A stretch of 64,000 nt of DNA, from positions 19,093 to 83,092 of IMG/VR virus record IMGVR_UViG_3300013286_000010. One strand, written 5' to 3'. The position numbers and the translations under genes were made by a program. The DNA is from a virus. Of this stretch, positions 57,897 through 64,000 are shown one piece after another; the first letter of the stretch is position 1, and every line of letters begins with the position of its first letter. The notes beneath the pieces were generated by a model that had not been told where the DNA came from, did not search any database, and saw only the letters and a list, made by a program, of their open reading frames with translations.

Positions 57897-59783
57897 ATGG
57901 CTAAACTATTAAGTGGATCATCATTACGAGTAGGGGGTAGTAATACTTTTATTAACCTAATCAATGCTCAACCTCAACTGACTACATCATCAAGTACTAC
58001 CACAGGTTTTACAATTAACACTGACCAATTCTTGATAACAACTTATCGTTCAAGTCTAGGTAACCTAGAAATGAATTCTGGGACTATCTTTAATAACATT
58101 CCTAACGGTAATATTACACTTGCAGGAACTGGCACAGGATTTGTATTTGTATCAAGCAGCACGGCATCGACTAGTACAACATCCGGTGCATTGGTTGTTG
58201 CAGGCGGTATTGGAGTTGGCGGAACAATATGGACTGCACAAGATATTCATGTTAACGGATTAACAATAGGACAAGGATTCAAAGGAATCAATAATATTGT
58301 TATTCAGGGAACTGCTATTACTCAAGTAAATGAATTTAGTAATGGTCAAGAAAGTATTGTAATTGGGAATGATGCACTACAAGGGTTATCTACAGCATAT
58401 AAAAGTGTCGCTATCGGCAACTATGCATTAAGTAGCGGTACTGAAATTAGAAATAGTATTGCAATAGGTGACAGTGCTCTTAAAGCAACTGGGTCTGTTC
58501 AGTACGTATTAGCAGCCGCAATTACCAATATCACTAAAGCCAATCCAGCAAGAGTAACAGCCGCAGGACATGGTCTAGCAACCGGTACACATATTACTAT
58601 TGTTGGTGTTGCTGGTATGACTGAAATCAATGGATTAAAATGTTATGCTAAAGTTATAGATAGTTCCACACTGGATTTATATTCTAATGTTATTGTAACA
58701 ACACCAATTAATAGTACAGGTTATTCTACATATACCGGTAGCGGCACAGTAAACAGATTGCTAACTCGCGATAACAATATTGGTATTGGTAACAATGCAG
58801 GTGCAAAACTTATTGACGGAGAACAAAACTTTTTCTTTGGAGAAAGTGTTGCAAAGAATTTAACTACTGGATCTTTTAACTTTTTAATTGGTCACAATGT
58901 AGGACAGAATTTAATTACTGGTAGCGGTATTATTGGTATCGGTGGCGACAATCTAGTTGACGGTGTTGACAATCAAATTAATATTGGCAGCGCATTTTAC
59001 TATAACGGATCTGGTCATTTAGAATTAATTACCGATGTTACACTTGGCTTGGGCACCCCTTGCGGTACAGACACTGCGGCATTATGGGTAATAGGCGGAA
59101 CCAACATTGATTCACCCGACACAGCAATAAGCACTACAACCGGTGCGTTAGTTGTCGCAGGCGGTGCAGGCTTTGGAAAAGATGTGTGGATTGGAAAAGA
59201 TCTAACAGTATTAGGCACAATCAACGGTGCTATTAATACTACTACAAATATTCGTGGCGGCGCCAGAGGCAGTGTACCATTTCAAACTAGCACAGGTATA
59301 ACATCATTGTTACCGATTGGTGCAACTGGTACAGTGTTGGTATCTGACGGTCATGTTCCTTATTGGAGCAATGCCGGTGGAAATGGCGGACTTGGAGTAA
59401 TTTCGACTGCAACTGAAGCAGTGTTTATACATGCAACTACTGCTAATAATGTATACTATGTTGGGTTGAGTGAATCAATTGGGACTTATTCAAAATTTGA
59501 CGGCGACTCTAGATTAAAATACGTAACTACTAGCTCTAATGTTAATACCAGTACATATTATTCATCAGGCACAAATGTATTAAATGTTCCTGGAACTGTT
59601 TACAGTGCTACTGGCAACCCCGATGAGTATAATTTATTATATACTCCTAGAGTTACATTGAGTGATATTGCACCTGTTAATCCTAGGGTAGGAGATTTTT
59701 GGATTGATACGGTAAATGGTGTTGAACTACAATGGATCAAAGATGGTCTTAATGCTTTTTGGATACAATTTGCAGGACTGTAA
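57897..59783 (+). CDS. Tail fibre-like protein
   Basis: STTTGAL.V.GG.G repeats, N.AIG..AL YadA-head-like repeats, and an ITNITKANPA.VT..GHGL..G small beta domain. Confidence 0.75.
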   Translation: MAKLLSGSSLRVGGSNTFINLINAQPQLTTSSSTTTGFTINTDQFLITTYRSSLGNLEMNSGTIFNNIPNGNITLAGTGTGFVFVSSSTASTSTTSGALVVAGGIGVGGTIWTAQDIHVNGLTIGQGFKGINNIVIQGTAITQVNEFSNGQESIVIGNDALQGLSTAYKSVAIGNYALSSGTEIRNSIAIGDSALKATGSVQYVLAAAITNITKANPARVTAAGHGLATGTHITIVGVAGMTEINGLKCYAKVIDSSTLDLYSNVIVTTPINSTGYSTYTGSGTVNRLLTRDNNIGIGNNAGAKLIDGEQNFFFGESVAKNLTTGSFNFLIGHNVGQNLITGSGIIGIGGDNLVDGVDNQINIGSAFYYNGSGHLELITDVTLGLGTPCGTDTAALWVIGGTNIDSPDTAISTTTGALVVAGGAGFGKDVWIGKDLTVLGTINGAINTTTNIRGGARGSVPFQTSTGITSLLPIGATGTVLVSDGHVPYWSNAGGNGGLGVISTATEAVFIHATTANNVYYVGLSESIGTYSKFDGDSRLKYVTTSSNVNTSTYYSSGTNVLNVPGTVYSATGNPDEYNLLYTPRVTLSDIAPVNPRVGDFWIDTVNGVELQWIKDGLNAFWIQFAGL

Positions 59784-59804
59784 AATTAACAAAAGAATTA
59801 TAAT

Positions 59805-60887
59805 ATGGCAACTTTAAATTTTCCCTCAAATCCAGTAATTGGTGATACCTATACCGTAGGCACTACTACATGGAAATGGACCGGGTATGCTTGGATTAAA
59901 GCACCCGGAGCTAATACATTTGGTTTAATAACAGCTACAAGTATTATTGTTTCAACAACAACTAATTCTGTATCTACATTAACTGGATCTCTTGTAGTAT
60001 TTGGCGGAGTCGGTATCGGTGGCGACTTATGGTTAGGTGGCGATTTGTATGCACAAGGACATTATGTATTAACTACTGCAACATTTGCTAATGGCGTATT
60101 GGATGGATCAGACATTAATATTAATACTAATCCAGGCGGCTCTGTTACAATTTCTAATACGTCAACATTACAATCAGTAACTGGGCGCGGAGCAACAACT
60201 ACTAATGTGGTAACATTTGCTAGCACTGCTAGATCAACTTCAACTACTACAGGTGCTGTGATAATTAAAGGTGGATTAGGAATCGCAGGCAATTTGACAT
60301 TAGGCAGCAGAATTTATGCAAATGGTTCTACTGGAACAGTAGGTCAAGTATTGAGTGTTACTCCTACTGGATTAACATGGGCATTACCGGTTAGTACGTT
60401 TAATGGCGGCAATGTAAATTCTCCTATGCGTATTTTATCTACAGTATCTTCAGTTAGCACTACTACTGGCGCATTGATAGTAACCGGTGGTGTCGGCGCT
60501 GGTGGTGATGTATGGGTAGGTGGTCGAGTAAATTCTGAAAGTGTTAAAATTGCAGATGCAATTTTTGATTCAAGTTCTGTCAACATAACTAACACTGCAC
60601 CTACAGCAATTGATTCATTCTCGTTTAGCCAGTATAGATCAGCAAAGTATCTAGTTCAAATTGATGAAGGTTCTACCTCAACAGCACGCTGTCAAGTAAC
60701 TGAACTTATGATGATCGTAACCAACACAGGTACAGTAAGTATTTTAGAATACGGTAATATAATGCCAAACGGAGACCTGGGTAATTTTGATGCTAACTAC
60801 ATAAGTGGGACAGTTACTCTAGTATTCATAGCAGTAGACAATATTCCAAAGACAGTCAAGGTATTAAGAACAGCAATGGCTGTATAA
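59805..60887 (+). CDS. Tail fibre-like protein
   Basis: LNFP.NP..GD.Y N-terminus, three GAL.V.GG.G repeats and a C-terminal IDSF....YRSAKYLVQ domain. Confidence 0.75.
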   Translation: MATLNFPSNPVIGDTYTVGTTTWKWTGYAWIKAPGANTFGLITATSIIVSTTTNSVSTLTGSLVVFGGVGIGGDLWLGGDLYAQGHYVLTTATFANGVLDGSDININTNPGGSVTISNTSTLQSVTGRGATTTNVVTFASTARSTSTTTGAVIIKGGLGIAGNLTLGSRIYANGSTGTVGQVLSVTPTGLTWALPVSTFNGGNVNSPMRILSTVSSVSTTTGALIVTGGVGAGGDVWVGGRVNSESVKIADAIFDSSSVNITNTAPTAIDSFSFSQYRSAKYLVQIDEGSTSTARCQVTELMMIVTNTGTVSILEYGNIMPNGDLGNFDANYISGTVTLVFIAVDNIPKTVKVLRTAMAV

Positions 60888-60898
60888 CGGAGAAGTAA

Positions 60899-63800
60899 AT
60901 GGCGGCAATTAGTAAAGATTTCGTAGTTAAGAACGGCATAGTCATAGAGGGTGACAGTGAAGTAACTAGTTCTACGAATCAAATAGACGCCTTACAGGTA
61001 GACGGCGGAGCCGCCATTGCAAAGAATTTAATTGTAGGAACAACTGCAACTATTCTTGGAAACGTATTTCTTAATCAACCATTACTACCCTTATCGAGAA
61101 ATGCAACCCTTGGATCTCCAGACAATCCATTTTCAGAATTATATCTACGAGGAAATTCATTATATATAGATCATGTTGTTATAACATCTACTGGGACAGA
61201 CTTAACAGTTTCTAGCACAATTGGTTCTTCAGTAGTACATGCTGGTTCGTTAATATTAAGTAACATTGCATCTTCTAATAGTCCTAGCACTGGTGCATTG
61301 CAAGTTGCTGGTGGCGCAGGCATTGGCGGAAATTTATATGTTGGATTGGATGCCGAGCTTCAACAAACGTTGTCAGTAACTGGCACATCGGTATTTTATT
61401 CAACGATATCAGTTGCGGGTATAGCATCATTTAACAATACTGCTCCTGCAACATCAATGGGTGCTGGCGCAGTTCAAGTTACTGGCGGCGCAAGACTAAA
61501 CAACAATTTAGTTGTCATGAGCACTGCATCTAATACTGGCACATTAGAAACCAATGCCGTATATGTTGAAGGCGGCGTCGGAATTAAAGGAGGATTGGCA
61601 GTTAGTGGAAGTGCTGTATTTAAAAACGATGTATACTTCCAAGGTTCTACTACCTATGTTTACAGTACAAATACCGTCTACACAGACAATTTAATTGAGC
61701 TACATGTACCTCCAACGGGTGCATGGACATTTGACGATGGAAAAGATATTGGATTTAGATTCCGCTATTATAATAATGCTGATTGGAATGCCGCATTAAT
61801 AGTTGCTAACGATTCTAAAAAATTAGAATTTTATAAAAATGGATCAGAAGTTAATGGCTCATTTGTTGGAGTCTACGGTGATTTTAAAACGGGCACACTT
61901 CAGTTAGTTGGTAATGCCACTTCTGTATCAACTACTACTGGAGCATTAACTGTTGCCGGCGGAGTTGGTATTGCAGGTAATTTATTTGTTGCTGGCGGAA
62001 TAACAGGTACAATTACACAAGCTGATAATTTAACTGGTGGTGTAAAAGGTTCTATACCTGTACAAAGTAGTACTGGTACAACTATATTTGTTGATCCAGG
62101 CACTAGAGGTAACCAAGTATTAACTTGGGATTCTGCTACATTTTTACCCAAGTGGGGTGATTCAGGTGTTTATGCCACTACTGCATCAAACATTGCAGGA
62201 GGATATCCCGGATCTATTGTATATCAATTAACTACTGGATCAACAGCATTTTTAATTGGCAGTAGTTCGAAATACATGTTGACCTATAACACAGGCACAC
62301 ATGCTCCACAATGGACTAATCCTATTGAATATACAGTAGGGTATGCTAATACTGCTACTACTTCTACATGGGCAAGTACTGCAAGTTACTCAGTATATGC
62401 AAGTAGTGCAACTTATGCAACAACTTCTAGTCAAGCAAATTATGCACTATTTGCAGATTCAGCTACTACTGCTACTACTTCAACATATGCATTTACAGCA
62501 ACGTATGCAAATATAGCATTTACCTCAACATATGCAAATATAGCATTTACCTCAACATATGCAAATATAGCATTTACAGCAACGTATGCAAATATAGCAT
62601 TTACAGCAACATATGCAAATATAGCATTTACCTCAACTTATGCAAATATAGCATTTACCTCAACTTATGCAGATATTGCGTCTACAGCAACCTATGCAAA
62701 TACATCTAACTATGCTGTCGTAGCTGGAACAAGTACATATGCTAATACATCTAATTATGCATTAGTTGCAAGTACTAGCACTTATGCAGATATAGCATTT
62801 ACTTCAACATATGCTAATACATCTAATTATGCATTAGTTGCAGGTACTAGCACTTATGCAGATATAGCGGTTACTTCAACATATGCAAATACATCTAATT
62901 ATGCTATCGTAGCTGGAACAAGTACATATGCATCAATTGCAGGATATGTAGTTACATCTACATACGCAAGTACATCTACTAACATTGCAGGTGGTACACC
63001 TGGATCAATATTATATCAATCAACTACAGGAACAACAACTTCTTTACCATTAGGTAACGCAGGAGAATTATTGTCTGTTGGTACAGGCTCTAATATTAAA
63101 TGGATGTCAATCACTGGATTATCAGTCGGATATGCTACAACAGCAACAACAGCAAATTTTTCTGATAACATTAAAACAATTTCTCAATACTCCGATTTAA
63201 CTTATTATCCTACGTTTGTTACTGACAATAATACTACAGCTACATATGAGGCAGTATATACAACTAGTAGTTTCCGTGTTAATCCTAGAACTGGCGCTGT
63301 TAATATTGGTGGTAAAGTAACAGTTGGTGGGAAAATTTGGGCTAATACTGGATCATCTTTTCAAGCACTATCTACTAACAATTTTAGTATAGATAGAAAT
63401 ATGGATCCGTCAGCTGGAGCAGAAATATTCACATCTCTGCCAACAGGTACGGTATGGCGTCAACGAGTATATACCGCCGATGATAAAATTTGGTTACACA
63501 ATGATAGAAAAGCGCAATCGTCTCGATATATAAATTTTGATTCGTTTGGATCAATAAATTTTGGAGATGCTTTTATACTTGATCGAGAATATGTTTCATT
63601 ACATGCTGATCTAGAAGCAAGAGCATTTCAGATTAATGTAACTAATTTTGCAAACTTTCCAACTTTAACAACAAGTACCTGGATATTCGATGCCGACGGT
63701 GGTTTAACTGCTCCTGGTAAAATATTTGTTAGTTCAACTGCAAGTTCAACATCAACTACAACCGGTGCGTTAGCAGTAGTGGGCGGAGTTGGCATCCGGG

Positions 63801-64000
63801 GCGATGTATATGTTGGTGGTGATATATACACTAACAATCAAAAGGTTATTACCACTGCTACTATTAACTCTTATGCTAATCAAACAGCTATATTTGCAGG
63901 AACTGATACTGCTATCAATACCAGTACCGGCAATGTTACAATTTGGAATACCAGTACATTACAAAGTGTAACTAATCGTGGTAATAGCACTACTAACGCA
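60899..64000 (+). CDS. Long tail fibre-like protein, 3' truncated (absent from the ORF track because it has no stop in the window)
   Basis: GGAG RBS, then ATG 60899 MAAISKDFVVKNG. The same frame reads ...TSTLQSVTNRGNSTTNA at the window end (>1030 aa). Confidence 0.85.
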   Translation, partial: MAAISKDFVVKNGIVIEGDSEVTSSTNQIDALQVDGGAAIAKNLIVGTTATILGNVFLNQPLLPLSRNATLGSPDNPFSELYLRGNSLYIDHVVITSTGTDLTVSSTIGSSVVHAGSLILSNIASSNSPSTGALQVAGGAGIGGNLYVGLDAELQQTLSVTGTSVFYSTISVAGIASFNNTAPATSMGAGAVQVTGGARLNNNLVVMSTASNTGTLETNAVYVEGGVGIKGGLAVSGSAVFKNDVYFQGSTTYVYSTNTVYTDNLIELHVPPTGAWTFDDGKDIGFRFRYYNNADWNAALIVANDSKKLEFYKNGSEVNGSFVGVYGDFKTGTLQLVGNATSVSTTTGALTVAGGVGIAGNLFVAGGITGTITQADNLTGGVKGSIPVQSSTGTTIFVDPGTRGNQVLTWDSATFLPKWGDSGVYATTASNIAGGYPGSIVYQLTTGSTAFLIGSSSKYMLTYNTGTHAPQWTNPIEYTVGYANTATTSTWASTASYSVYASSATYATTSSQANYALFADSATTATTSTYAFTATYANIAFTSTYANIAFTSTYANIAFTATYANIAFTATYANIAFTSTYANIAFTSTYADIASTATYANTSNYAVVAGTSTYANTSNYALVASTSTYADIAFTSTYANTSNYALVAGTSTYADIAVTSTYANTSNYAIVAGTSTYASIAGYVVTSTYASTSTNIAGGTPGSILYQSTTGTTTSLPLGNAGELLSVGTGSNIKWMSITGLSVGYATTATTANFSDNIKTISQYSDLTYYPTFVTDNNTTATYEAVYTTSSFRVNPRTGAVNIGGKVTVGGKIWANTGSSFQALSTNNFSIDRNMDPSAGAEIFTSLPTGTVWRQRVYTADDKIWLHNDRKAQSSRYINFDSFGSINFGDAFILDREYVSLHADLEARAFQINVTNFANFPTLTTSTWIFDADGGLTAPGKIFVSSTASSTSTTTGALAVVGGVGIRGDVYVGGDIYTNNQKVITTATINSYANQTAIFAGTDTAINTSTGNVTIWNTSTLQSVTNRGNSTTNA
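62504..62665 (+). repeat. In-frame 27-bp tandem repeat (6 near-perfect copies, degenerate copies to ~62940)
   Basis: TATGCAAATATAGCATTTAC(CT/AG)CAAC(N) starting at 62504, 62531, 62558, 62585, 62612 and 62639. Encodes YANIAFT(S/A)T. Confidence 0.95.

Noticed and set aside
62504-62940. 27-bp repeats as a CRISPR array
   Set aside because: The units are head-to-tail with no unique spacers, are a multiple of 3, lie in frame within a fibre gene, and no cas genes are present.
1-64000. Stop-codon reassignment (alternative genetic code)
   Set aside because: Conserved genes, including a 12.9-kb ORF, are intact and tightly packed under the standard code.
52206-64000. Diversity-generating retroelement or invertible fibre cassette
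   Set aside because: No reverse transcriptase, invertase or adenine-variant TR/VR pair was seen in the window.

Overview
This 64 kb window is from a large, AT-rich T4-like myophage (standard genetic code). Its sigma70 promoters, ThyA and lambda-type lysozyme suggest a Gram-negative, probably proteobacterial, host (inference). There are five blocks. (1) 1-7910, + strand: end of a QueE-like gene, T4-type RNase H, small hypotheticals, a MoxR-type AAA ATPase with a vWA/metallopeptidase partner, and thyA. (2) 7907-35029, - strand, baseplate/tail module: gp48/54-like, gp53, hub, gp5 with a C-terminal lysozyme, gp25, gp6, a 4297-aa wedge-like protein and three fibre paralogs. (3) 35141-41223, + strand: late sigma gp55, gp47/gp46, Hc1-like, GIY-YIG and Zn-finger genes, then a ~470-bp densely base-paired non-coding region. 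(4) Inverted gp26/gp51-like genes, then tape measure, portal, core, protease, scaffold and major capsid protein. (5) A run of large fibre/appendage genes, the last running off the window end. The two most notable observations are a candidate large structured ncRNA at ~40110-40575, directly downstream of a minimal GIY-YIG nuclease and a small Zn-binding ORF, and five phycobiliprotein-like repeats inside the 1761-aa virion protein at 52206-57491, four of which keep the bilin-binding C-x-R-D motif. A relaxed TAAATA late promoter precedes many genes, and four appear to give leaderless mRNAs. All calls come from motif recognition by eye; no searches were run.
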